Below, one piece after another: positions 1-11,016 of a stretch of DNA of 34,831 nucleotides. The notes beneath the pieces were generated by a model. That model ran no database searches. It had not been told where the DNA came from and worked only from the letters and a program-made list of their open reading frames with translations. The position numbers and the translations under genes were made by a program. The DNA comes from Rotaria socialis (Eukaryota), in assembly GCA_905331295.1 (NCBI GenBank), contig CAJNYD010000118.1, positions 1 to 34,831 on the forward strand. The letters run 5' to 3'. Position 1 is the stretch's first letter. Each line of letters starts with the position of its first letter.

Positions 1-42
1 CAGACGGAAAATTGATGTATGTAAGTGTTTTCAGTATCACAA
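1..42 (+). promoter_or_regulatory. 3' half of the SECIS element of an upstream array copy (gene lies outside the window)
   Basis: Positions 1-121 are identical to 8781-8901, which holds the 3' strand of the SECIS after the intact deiodinase-like copy. Confidence 0.75.
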
Positions 43-1397
43 TGATATAATTCATTATTTCCAGTGCAGTTTTTATTTTATGTTTTATGTTTTTAAATTG
101 AGATTAATAAAATTCACTTGAAATACATTTAAACATAGCGTTTTCCTTTTGTGGAATGGTTGTAAGTAGAGTTGCATTCATGTTGTGTTATCTGATTGAT
201 AAAAAATACTGATGCATCTCTGCGTTTATTTTAATAATTATTTTTTCATCAGTAACGGCAGTTACGAATTAATATACATATTCCAGAAACCTAGAAAATG
301 GACTTATTCCAATTAAAATTTATCTAGTAAACGTTGCTCCGATATTAAACCATATCCATGAATCGTTTTTCACAGATCTCGAATAAAACAAATTCGGGAT
401 CCTAATTTGGATGGAATTGAAATATGAAATACAGTTACACAATTACCATTTTTATCTTCTAGAGAGATTTTGTCAGTCTATCGTGTTCTGGAACATATTT
501 GTTGATTATTCTTGTTCAAATACTAGGACAAAAACGCTTGATATAGCATTGTGGTGTGTGACATGACCTTCATAAGTATCTGTCAGCTATCAATTAAATT
601 ATATTTTACAAAACATTGTTTTTTTCTTATTGAGATTCTATTCGAACATAGGAATACCTATCAGAAGAAATGCTATTTTTCATTTGTTTAGTGTTAACTA
701 TCAACAATGAACTCATCGATTTTATCATTCTACAATTGATTTAGCTGAGATTTTCAAGTTTTTTAAATTAAATTTATACGAAAACTAGATGAAAACAACC
801 TACTGTATTTTATGAACAGAACAAGAATTTCCCCCCGCTATGGCCACGTGAGACTAGCAGTGATAGGGCGTCAATATGCAGAACAATGTGGCTCTGCTAT
901 TTACGGGCAGAACTGGTGTAGCTTCCTTATAGCAAATATTTTGAAGCAAGTCGTTCGATTGTACTTTCGGTTTGTTCATCGTGATTGGTATTGATGTTTA
1001 CATTGAGATAGTCTTATTATGGGTACTAAAAAATTAAAGCAATGATGCCAAGTTTTATTCATCTGAGATGGCAGCATATCTCTTTTCAATGATGAATGCA
1101 AGTTGTTCCGTTTAATATTGAATGAGCCGCTTTATGTTGTCCTGTGTTAAACGACGCATAAGAGTTGGAAGAAAAACACTGCGGTATTTATTTAGTTTTT
1201 CTTCTGAAAAATAAAGATTCAAACAGAGATAGCTGTACGGCCAAAAGATGGCAATATCAGTCATATAATTGTGGTGGTAGTATAGAATCTAATTGGTGAT
1301 CGGGTCTATGAAAATCTAACATATAAGCCCAGGTCGAGCGTTACGACATTATTTCTCGTGTTACTTACCAGTTTCTACGTGTTCTTCACATCCGAAC

Positions 1398-1698
1398 TTT
1401 TTCCTTACAGAATTTAGTGGTAAATTCAAATCATATTTTAGAGAACGTTCTTAGGTTCATTAGCATTGAATTATTCTAACCTATGAGAAATTAACTTTGA
1501 TCGCTAATATTGTTTTTTTTTAATATTTTAATCGAACGCCTAATTCATTCAGCTAAACTTTGCGATAAAAAATTATCCAACGAAAAATATTTTCAATCGA
1601 AGTCAATTTCTCATAGATGAGAATAATTCAATAATAAGGAACCTAGAAAATCTCTCTAAAACATGATTCGAATTTACTACTAAACTCTGTGCGGAAAA
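1398..1698. mobile_element. Fold-back / MITE-like element (~300 bp, long imperfect inverted repeats)
   Basis: The left arm AATTTAGTGGTAAATTCAAATCATATTTTAGAGA...CTATGAGAAATTAACTTTGAT is the imperfect reverse complement of ATCGAAGTCAATTTCTCATAG...TCTCTAAAACATGATTCGAATTTACTACTAAACT. It is absent from the homologous spacer at ~10.2 kb. No clear TSD. Confidence 0.6.
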
Positions 1699-2837
1699 CA
1701 CATCTAAACAAAAAACTATATTTCAAGTTACTTAATTAACATTTGATTGTACTTAACGCTTTAGTGTTCTGAAATAGGAGTATTAGTAAAATCTTACAAA
1801 TTCATAGAAGTAGGTAACGAATTTATGACCGTATACAGTCATCGTTTACTACTACCGTTTCAATGATTCGTAAACAACAGTCGCTTAAGCTTGTATTTCA
1901 TTGAATACGTCGGTCGTTTCTGACTGCCGTTTTCCGTCGTATACGATCATACGTTTTCAATATGGGAGTGTTGAAAGTCTTGAGATAAAGTTCTTATAAT
2001 CTTTTCCCAACACTTCTGATTTTTGTAGATGACATCAATGAATCATTATGACGCATTTTATTATCAGTAAATGACAAGATCCAACTATTTTCCACTTAAA
2101 AAAAATACCGATGAAAAGTATATAAGAGTTGTTGTTGCTTATTTTCTTTCATTCGTGTGCGACTTCTGATAACAAGTGAGAACATTTTTTTCATAGGCAG
2201 AGAAAGAATCCGTTCGACAAATAACTTGTCAATTGCCCAGAGTTGTCACAAAATCTTTCTCAACAACTTTGAAGGTAATTATTGACCAATCTCATTTCCT
2301 ATTAGATTTTCGCCACTTGCTCTGCGTTTAACATGCTTTTGAGAATTTATACTTTCAATTCGTTATACAAGGTGAGCCATTTGTATTGACGAATTTTTGA
2401 CACTACTACTGTTATCATTAAGATAAAAAAAAGAGAAGTCACTTGAACTTCCAATGCGTCATCGCAAACTGCACCTGTAGTGTTTTTACCGTCAAAATTT
2501 TTCCACATTAACCTGAATATAAGACAGGTGGTTTCGAAAGCTCTTAAAAGTCTTCCGAATTGATGTAGAGCAACTCCGAGCGGGTTTGAAAGTGTGTAGA
2601 ACTGCTTTGGAATAAATTCTCTCATTCTAAAAAACTATGAAGCTTTCAAAAGAATAACATCTTAGCGATCCTGCATATTAAAAAAATCTGAGGTTTTAGA
2701 ATTTTTCTTGCGGAAAAAACCTGCTCATAATTCTACCTAGCAACAACAGCTCACAAAAATCTGTTGAAACCAATTTGAAAACGGAATTTATCTAGTGCAA
2801 ACTCACTGTTTACTTTCAGAAACTCTCTGGTCCAAAG

Positions 2838-4143
2838 ATGGGTAATTCCGTAGCTAATGCAACCAAACCAGAAACATCATCGGTTGTTAATAACACTGCA
2901 AAACTAACTTCCTTCGTTTATAAAGACCTAGTCTTGCATGTACAAGTCATTCAACAACAAACGATTGAAGTAGCGAAATATATTGATGATCAATGCAAAA
3001 CCGATGAAAAAATACGACAAAAATTGAAATCACGTTCATTCATATTTGTTGATCCTTATGGAAACCAAACAACGCATAAGTATTTAGATCATGAAATGAT
3101 GAATACAATATTTAGCAAGTACAAAAAAAATTATGTTCCGAAATATTTACAAAAATGGATAAAACTTGGAAAAATCAATGAAACCGGTATTTCACCATTG
3201 AATGAAAATGAACTGAAATCGTCAGTATCCGAACATGATGATGGTTATCGATTTGTTACATGTGGCGAAGTCAACATATCCATTATATATCGAGAAGACG
3301 TACGACCTCAAGCATTATTACTACCAGTTTTACTGACAGACAACTTAGCAAAGATTAAAAAACAAATCCAGGAACTTACAAAACTGAAAACTATGCAATT
3401 AAAATCGCTGCTTTTAAAAGAAAATTGTCCAATGATTACAGCATCCTGGAATGAAGGTAAAACACTCAACTCTAATGTCACTGTCTTGTCATCTAAATTG
3501 TATGAAAACAATTGTATCATTATGGTTAAACTATTGGAAGAGGTAAATTAATACTTTTGTTTAATTTCACATTTAGAAATCTGTTGCTATTTGATAGAGC
3601 GCGTCTACAGAATCCAGTTCCAATTTTGATATCTTTGCAAAAACTCTTACTGGAAAGACGATCACGATTGAAGTGAATTCTTCCATGGATATATCTACTG
3701 TCAAACAACTGATTCAAGATCAAGATGGTATTCCTCCAGATCAGCAACGTTTAATATTTGCTGGAAGTCAACTAGAAGACGAGCGAACTCTCTCACACTA
3801 TAAGATCCAAAAGGAAAGTACGCTTCACTTAGTATTACGTTTGCGCGGTGGTATGTTTCATTTTACAAGTGGGCGACATAATTTCGATGAATTACCATCC
3901 GCACAAGCTGAAGCAATAAGAAACGTTCTTGTATTCAAATTTGAGCATATTGATCATTTTGAAAATTTGGCACTGCCTGATCTACAAAATTCCGTTTTAC
4001 GATCACAAGCCTTACTCTTAGAATTACCCTCTGAAATTAAACACTATTCGGCGCCCCACGATGTTCCAAATTTTAAAAATATGATATTGCCAAATGTTTC
4101 TGATGATGAAGATGAAGATAGTTATGATTTTCTCGATGATTAA
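2838..4143 (+). CDS. Array copy A1: ubiquitin-domain protein, exons 2838-3542 and 3598-4143 (~416 aa), internal LRLRGG, ends TAA TGA
   Basis: A 55-nt GT-AG intron (3543-3597) joins the two ORFs in frame. Exon 2 encodes [14 protein letters not shown]...[42 protein letters not shown] (ubiquitin fold), then ~96 aa ending in an acidic tail. A probable 5'UTR intron runs 2275-2819; its donor GAAG|GTAATT is also present in copy A2. Confidence 0.85.
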
Positions 4144-4385
4144 TGACAATCCTCACTCCAACAACAACTACAAGTATTTCAATTCTTACAACATTATGTA
4201 CTCAAGCAATTACTTATTCAAGAAGAAAAAATGAGAGTTAGTCAACCAACACAACAATTATTAGCAAGCATTGAAGATCGAAAAGACATTGATTAGATGG
4301 ATATCATCGCTGATTTACAAACTGATTTAATCAAGACATTCCTAGGTGAAGATACGACACACCATGAAATTGAATATAGTTTAAG
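4144..4385 (+). pseudogene. Remnant post-stop extension (N-terminal helical part of the deiodinase-like moiety); the rest is deleted
   Basis: The frame stays open after TAA TGA ([33 protein letters not shown]...) until TGG>TAG at the conserved DWMD motif. It is homologous to 7730-7968 and ends at the same splice donor. Confidence 0.75.
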
Positions 4386-4386
4386 G

Positions 4387-4454
4387 TAGGGGTGGGCCAT
4401 TAACAGTAATTAATGTGATGCATTAAGTTCCGCTAAAAAAATGGTCCACCCCTA
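4387..4454. mobile_element. 68-bp hairpin with TAGGGG...CCCCTA termini (minimal TIR element) replacing the deiodinase exons
   Basis: TAGGGGTGGGCCATT...AATGGTCCACCCCTA. It sits between the exon donor and the 3' half of the SECIS. No TSD. Confidence 0.6.
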
Positions 4455-6417
4455 CTGCAGTCGGAAAATTGATGTATCTAATTCTTTTCGGTATCACAAT
4501 GATATAATTCATTGTTTCGAAAGAAGTTTCATTCAGGTTTTGTATTTTGAAAGCTGGATTAATTAGTTTTACTTTTTGCTTACAAAGTAGATCCGAAAAA
4601 ATTAATCACTTTGCCATAAGTTATTTTTTCGAATAATAAGGCCGAACGGTATTCGTGAGGCGTAGAAAGAAGGGATAATTTTAGATCAGATGCGATGTGA
4701 ATGAAATATTCGTACTCATATACACAATTACTTAAGCTGATTAGAGGATGATCCTTCGCTTCTGTCTTTTCGAGAAACAGGTTTATCTGTGTTCAATTTA
4801 CTCAATGGTACGTTAGTGCAATGAAGCAATGTTGAACCAAATAGAGCACGGAGTTATGAATGCTCTTAGGTTCTTGTATCGAACATGAAAGATATCTGCC
4901 CAAGTCTCTATTGATGAAAATTTGCTCATTTGGATCATGTTTTACAGAATAATCTGTTGTATTGCTAAAATATAATCGCAACATTCTCGTGCACCTGTGT
5001 TTTTGATAATGAAATTCAGGCAATTAAGCTGTTTAAAATCAATTCGACGCAGGCCTGAGAAATCGTTTAGTTGGGATTTTTGAATTGATTAAAATAAACT
5101 GAAGTTGCAAATCAGTGAAACAATATTTCTCGTCATGCAAATTTCAATATTTACTCTCTCAACTATTTCGTTACTGATTTTTCATGATTTCAATTACTTC
5201 ATTTGGCAATATATGCATTTTTTATTCAGTGATTTTGGAATCAAATCGATTTATAACTTTGTTAACACAAGTATTCCACGGAACTTGCCTTTTTGCGCCC
5301 TCAAAACATCATTGAAACTACAATGAATAATACATGTTTAATACAAAATCTTTTCCTGGTACTAAGAACAGGAAAGATATACTAGACGTTTTGTGTAACG
5401 AATCAGTTCGTGCTATAGTTTAGTCCTCGATGAAAAATAAAGGGCTTCTGCTTTTGCGTAGATCTGCTGCTGCCTGCCGTGTATATTTGCACATTTACTT
5501 GTAACGAAGTATTCATAGAGAAATCGACAAATTATTGTCGGTACAGCTTTGAGTGTAAGAGCAAGTTGAAAAGACCCCATATACGATAAAAGATAGCACG
5601 ACGGGAGAATTCTGGATGCGAAATATGGATTTTTCCAATGAAGATTCCTAATTAATGTATTTTATATGAAATCCATGAGTCACGTTGTTTAATTTACTAC
5701 ACACGCAACGATTGTAAAGAAATTGCGAAATTTTTTCTCATTTCTTTTCACATAGCGAATAGATAAATACGAAAACATTGCAACATCAATTGAAATTATG
5801 ACGACTCTATTTCTTACTTCTTTTAGAAATGGATGTACGTTGAGAATAAATATAGCACGTGGTAAAATAGTAGCACGGATTGTCGATATTCGCCCTGCAA
5901 AAGTATATAAGGCGTATTTTTCTATCACCCGGAGAAAAACACAATTTCTATTTTCTCTGTACGACTCTAATGATTCATTTATAGGCAAGAATTTATAAAA
6001 CGTTGCTTCACGCTGACTTTTTTTCATTTCTAAACGTTTCATAACAACGAATAGGTTGCGTCGATCAATGTAAGTATGTTTATCTCGCGAAAAAATAAAT
6101 CAATACGATAATCAACCAAAGCATTAAAAATTACTAATTTCAATTTTTTATGGCGCAACTTTCATGAGTCATGTAATATTTAGTGAGAATCAGCGTATTT
6201 TAGTTTTCTGATGACTTCACTAAAGACATTAGAGAACTTTGTTCCTTTACATTGCTCGTAATTTTACATCTACCTGGCAGAATAAAAGTTAGTAACACTC
6301 ACTAATTTCAACTATTGACTTCAATGAGAATAAAACAATTTTCTAAAAATAAAACAGTTTGGCATCGCAATTCATATGTTACTATCTGTGTAGTTTCAGA
6401 TAACAATTTGTTCTACC

Positions 6418-8683
6418 ATGAGTACATCAGGTCCTCCAGAGCCTAGTTCATCAGTCGCATTGACTGCAGTAACTCCTACAGTACCAACTTCATTCGTTTA
6501 TCAAGAGTTAGTACTTCATGTACAAACCATTCAACAAAAAATGATTACCATAGCCAAATTTATTGATGATCAATGCAAAACCGATGAAAAAATACGACAA
6601 AAATTGAAATCACGTTCATTCATATTTGTTGATCCTTATGGAAACCAAACAACAAATGAATATTTCGATCATGAAACCATTAGTACAATATTCAACAAGT
6701 ACAAGAAAGATTATGTTCCGAAATATTTACAAAAATGGACAAAACTTGGAAAAATCAATGAAACCGGTATTTCACCATTGAATGAAAATGAACTGAAATC
6801 GTCAGTATCCGAACATGATGATGGTTATCGATTTGTTACATGTGGCGAAGTCAACATATCCATTATATATCGAGAAGATGTAAGACCTCAATCATTATTA
6901 CTACCAGTTCTGCTGACGGACAACATAGAAAAGATTAAAAAACAAATCCAGCAACTTACAAAACTGAAAACTATAGAATTAAAATCGCTGCTTTTAAAAG
7001 AAAATTGTCCAATGATAACAGCGTCCTGGAATGAAGGTAAAACACTCAACTCTAATGACACTCTCTTGTCATCTAAATTGTATGAAAACAATTGTATCAT
7101 TATGGTTAAACTATTGGAAGAGGTAAATTAATACTTTTGTTTAATTTCACATTTAGAAATCTGTTGCTATTTGATAGAGTGCTTCTACAGAATCCAGTTC
7201 CAATTTTGAGATCTTGGTAAAAACTCTTACTGGAAAGACGATCACTATTAAAGTGAATTCTTCCATGAATATATCTACTGTCAAACAGCTGATTCAAGAT
7301 CTAGAAGGTATTCCTCCAGATCAGCAACGTATAGTATTCGCTGGAAAACAACTAGAAGACGAGCGAACTCTCTGTGATTACAACGTTCCAAAGGAGAGTA
7401 CGATGCACATAGTGTTACGTTTACGCGGTGGTATGTTTCATTTTACAAGTGGTCGACACAATTTCGATGAATTGCCATCCGCACAAGCCGCAGCAATAAG
7501 AAATGTCCTTGTTTTTGAATTTGAGCAAACTGATAATCTCGACAACTTGCCTCCGGCTGACCTACAAAATTCCGTTTTACAAGGGCACGCTTTACTAATG
7601 GAACTGCTGTCTGAAATTAAAAACTATTCGGTGCCTCACGATGTTCCACATTTGAAAAACATTATACTATCAGAGGCTGTTGATGACGAAGATGAAGACG
7701 GTGATGAGGAAACTTCTAATGATCAGTGACAATTACCAATCCAAAAACAACTACGAGTATTTCAATTATTTGAACATGATGTACTCAAACAATTACTTAT
7801 TCAAGAAGAACAAATGAGACTCAGTCAACAAACACAACAATTATTAGCAAGCATTGAAGATCGAAAAGACATTGATTGGATGGATATCATCGCTGATTTA
7901 CAAACTGATGTAATCAAGACATTTCTCGGAGAAGATGCAACACATGATGAAATTCAATATGGTCTAAGGTAACTATTCGACTTCATTGTAATTCTAAATC
8001 TTTGTTTTTGTTTCGTTGTAGTATATTACGAAGTGCTCATCAGATATATGCAGATGACAAGGAATTTCATAATTTATCTCTTTATGTTCGACATAATCGT
8101 GCAAAAAGAGGAAATCTTCGTGTTGGTGATCCAGCTATTGACATCGACTTACTAAATATGAATGGTGAATCTGTTTCATTATTGTCTCATTGTAATCCCA
8201 ATCGACCATTATTGATTCTTGCTGGTTCATATACTTGACCACCATTTCGTGGTCTTGTACCACAACTCAATCAGCTGATGGATTCCTATCGAGATCGTGT
8301 TGATATGATCACTGTTTACATCGAAGAAGCTCATGCAGTTGATGAATGGTAAATTATTTTAGGAAGTTTACTTTTTCTATATCTGTATAATGTTTTGTAG
8401 GCCAATCGGTAGTCGAATATGTTATGTTCAACCCAAATGTGATGTTGATCGAATTCAGATTGCAAATGATTTCATTAAAGCAACTGAATATCGTATTCCA
8501 CTATTGATTGATCCAGTATCAAAAACTAATCCATTCAGTGAAGTTTATTGTCCATGGCCGATTCGATTTTATGTGATTGATCATATGAAAAAGTTGAGTC
8601 ATATAGCTGAACCAATTGAAGGCTCCTTTCCATTGGAATTGATTCGAAATGCATTAGGTGATGCCATTCAACAATGTCAATAA
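6418..8683 (+). CDS. Array copy B1 (intact): ubiquitin-domain / deiodinase-like selenoprotein fusion. Exons 6418-7122, 7178-7968, 8022-8348, 8401-8683; in-frame TGA at 7727-7729 and 8236-8238 (Sec). 418 aa if stopped at the first TGA, 701 aa fully recoded
   Basis: Three GT-AG introns (55, 53, 52 nt) keep one frame. The ubiquitin domain ends LRLRGG (7427-7432). Deiodinase-family motifs are [14 protein letters not shown] and [12 protein letters not shown] (vertebrate DIO: RPLVLNFGSCTUPPF, YIEEAHxSDGW), plus [13 protein letters not shown] downstream. Probable 5'UTR intron 6070-6399. Confidence 0.8.
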
Positions 8684-8725
8684 AGTGTTTTTGTTGTTCT
8701 CAGAAATAATGATGATAAAATATTT

Positions 8726-8822
8726 TTGTGATATTGAAAATTTTAAAATGATATTTTTTGTTGAAAGCGTTTTAATGATGCAGACGGAAAATTGATGTAT
8801 GTAAGTGTTTTCAGTATCACAA
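8726..8822 (+). promoter_or_regulatory. Eukaryotic type II SECIS element
   Basis: Folded by hand. Helix I: TTGTGATATTGAAAA (8726-8740) / TTTTCAGTATCACAA (8808-8822). Core: ATGAT (8748-8752) / TGAT (8793-8796). Helix II: ATTTTTTGTT / GACGGAAAAT. Unpaired AAA at 8764-8766. Apical mini-helix GCGTT / GATGC. Confidence 0.85.
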
Positions 8823-11016
8823 TGATATAATTCATTATTTCCAGTGCAGTTTTTATTTTATGTTTTATGTTTTTAAATTGAGATTAATAAAATTCACTTG
8901 ATATATATATTCAAGGGTAATATTTACCTTCTGTTGAATTTCTTTTTATGATATCTGACAGGTTAAAAATTGTTGTACCTCGGCTTTTATTGTAATAATT
9001 TCTTTTTCAACAGCAAGGGCAGTGAAGAATAAGAACTTAAATGAATATTTTGGCAACATAGAAATGGACTTTTTCCAATTAAAATTTATCTGGTAAACGT
9101 CTCTCTAACATTGAACCATATCCATGAAACCTTTCTTTTAGAGATCTCTTGAATAAAACAAGTTCGGTATCCGAACCTGGATAGAATTAAAATATGAAAG
9201 ACAGTTACGCATTGACGATGTTTATCTTCTAGTGAGACCGTGACATTGTATATTTTTGTGGGACATACTAGCTTATTGTTCTTGTACTTATTTCTGGTCA
9301 ATTAGTATGACGAAAGCTCTCGATATAGCATTGTGGTATGTATCCTGATATCCATAAGTATCTATCAGCTAGCACTTAGATCGCGCCTTGGAAAATATAT
9401 TGTTTCTCTTATTGAAATTCTGTTCGAACTCCTTTTAACTATTGTTGTATTTGTTATGATTTGTAAAAGCGTTTTTTGTGAATTAGTTCGTTGATTATTG
9501 ATAATTATGTTAGAGTAAAACCATTTTGTAATGTTTTCGATATAATGACTGAATCGAGTTGTTATTGAAATTTAAACCAGACATTATCGGGACTACAACA
9601 AATAATATAGATTCAATAAGAAAAATTCCTGATGCTAAAATATCACCTGACATGTGCCAACTAAGAAAAAGAAACATTATAATCAAGAATAGTTTCATAA
9701 AACTACGGATATTATTCAGTTTCTCTTTTTGATAACATACAGACCATTTGCCTGAAACCATGCTACTCTTAGATGAAAACTCAGCTTACTATGTTTCAAT
9801 GAAAAAAATAAAAGCTTTTTGTCTCTATGACCACGCGAGAGTAGCAACAATAGGGTGTCCATACGTGAAACGATACGATTCTCCTCTTCGCACCCACACT
9901 TGGTATCGCTTCCTTATAGCAAATATTTTGAAGCAAGTCGTTTGAGTTTACTTTCCATATGTTCATCGTGGTTGATTTTCGTCCTTACATCGAAATACTC
10001 TTAGTATGGGTGCCCACTTATTGAAGCCATAGTTCAATTTTTATTCGTCTTATATGGTAAAAAATCTCTTTTTAATGATGAGTGGAAGCTGTTCCGTTTA
10101 CTACTAAATGAGTGTGCCATGTTGTTCGTTTTTAAATGGCACACAAGAGTTATAAGAAAAATACTACGATATTTATTCATTTTCTCTTCTGAAAAATAAA
10201 GGCTCCAAAATATAATTCTAGTAGCAGTATAGAATTTCATGTGTGAATTGGTTTCTGAAAAACTAAGATGCGAGTGGTGAAAATGTAAGTATACAGTTTT
10301 TACAATCAGTTTTCGAGAGTCCCCATTTTTGGAGATCACGTCATTTAATCTTTATGACGCATTGTCTTATCGGTAAAAGAAAAAATCCAACCTTGTCTCC
10401 ACTTAAAAAAATCCTTATGCAAAGTATATGAGAGCTGTTGTTACTTATTTTCTTTCATTCGTGCGCGACTCATAGTAACAAGTGAGAACATATTTTCCAT
10501 AGATAGAGAAAGAATGCGTTCGACAAATAGCTTGTGAATTGCCCACCATTATCACGAACTCATTCCCAACAACTTTGAAGGTAATTATTGACTAGTTTAG
10601 TCTTCAATTAGATTTTTACCAATAACAATGCGTTTAGCATGCTTTTGAGACCTAATCATTGCAATTCGTTATAAAAGGTGATTCATTCGTATTGACGAGT
10701 TTATGACACTACTTCTACTATCATTAAGATAAAAAGGAATATGTTTGTCCATAAAAGAAAATGCAGTTTGAATTTTCAATGGGTCATTGGAATAAATTTT
10801 CTCATTTTAAAAACTGAAATTTTTTGAAAAAACAACATCTTACTGTCCCTATAGATGAAACAAACCTCAAGTTTCCGAATTTATTTTGGAGAAAAAGATG
10901 ACGGTTAATAATCTTATGTAGCGACAATAACTCATAACATGTGTTAAAAGACTTTAAAAACAAAATTCATCTAGTTCAAATTCTATATTTACTTTCAGAT
11001 ACCCACTGGTTCAAAG

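Noticed and set aside
3308..3747. Minus-strand ORFs (also 6888-7297)
   Set aside because: They are antisense shadows of the ubiquitin-domain genes.
4143..4241. Overlapping stop-start ATGA (A-TGA) as a reinitiation site for the downstream domain
   Set aside because: That ATG is in a different frame from the deiodinase and closes after ~32 codons. The intact copy has GTGA rather than ATGA.
5798..5998. 66-aa ORF repeated at 34004-34204, and its antisense ORFs
   Set aside because: It lies in the duplicated spacer. The differences are largely amino-acid changing and there is no recognisable domain.
5676..6171. AP-1-like TGAGTCA sites (5676, 6165; also 33882, 34371) upstream of B copies
   Set aside because: The whole spacer is highly similar between copies, so conservation of 7-mers is uninformative.
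7427..7440. GTATGT at the GG codons as a splice donor that would bypass the first TGA
   Set aside because: The downstream sequence is an open, protein-conserved frame in all copies and no suitable acceptor is evident near the TGA. It cannot be fully excluded without RNA data.
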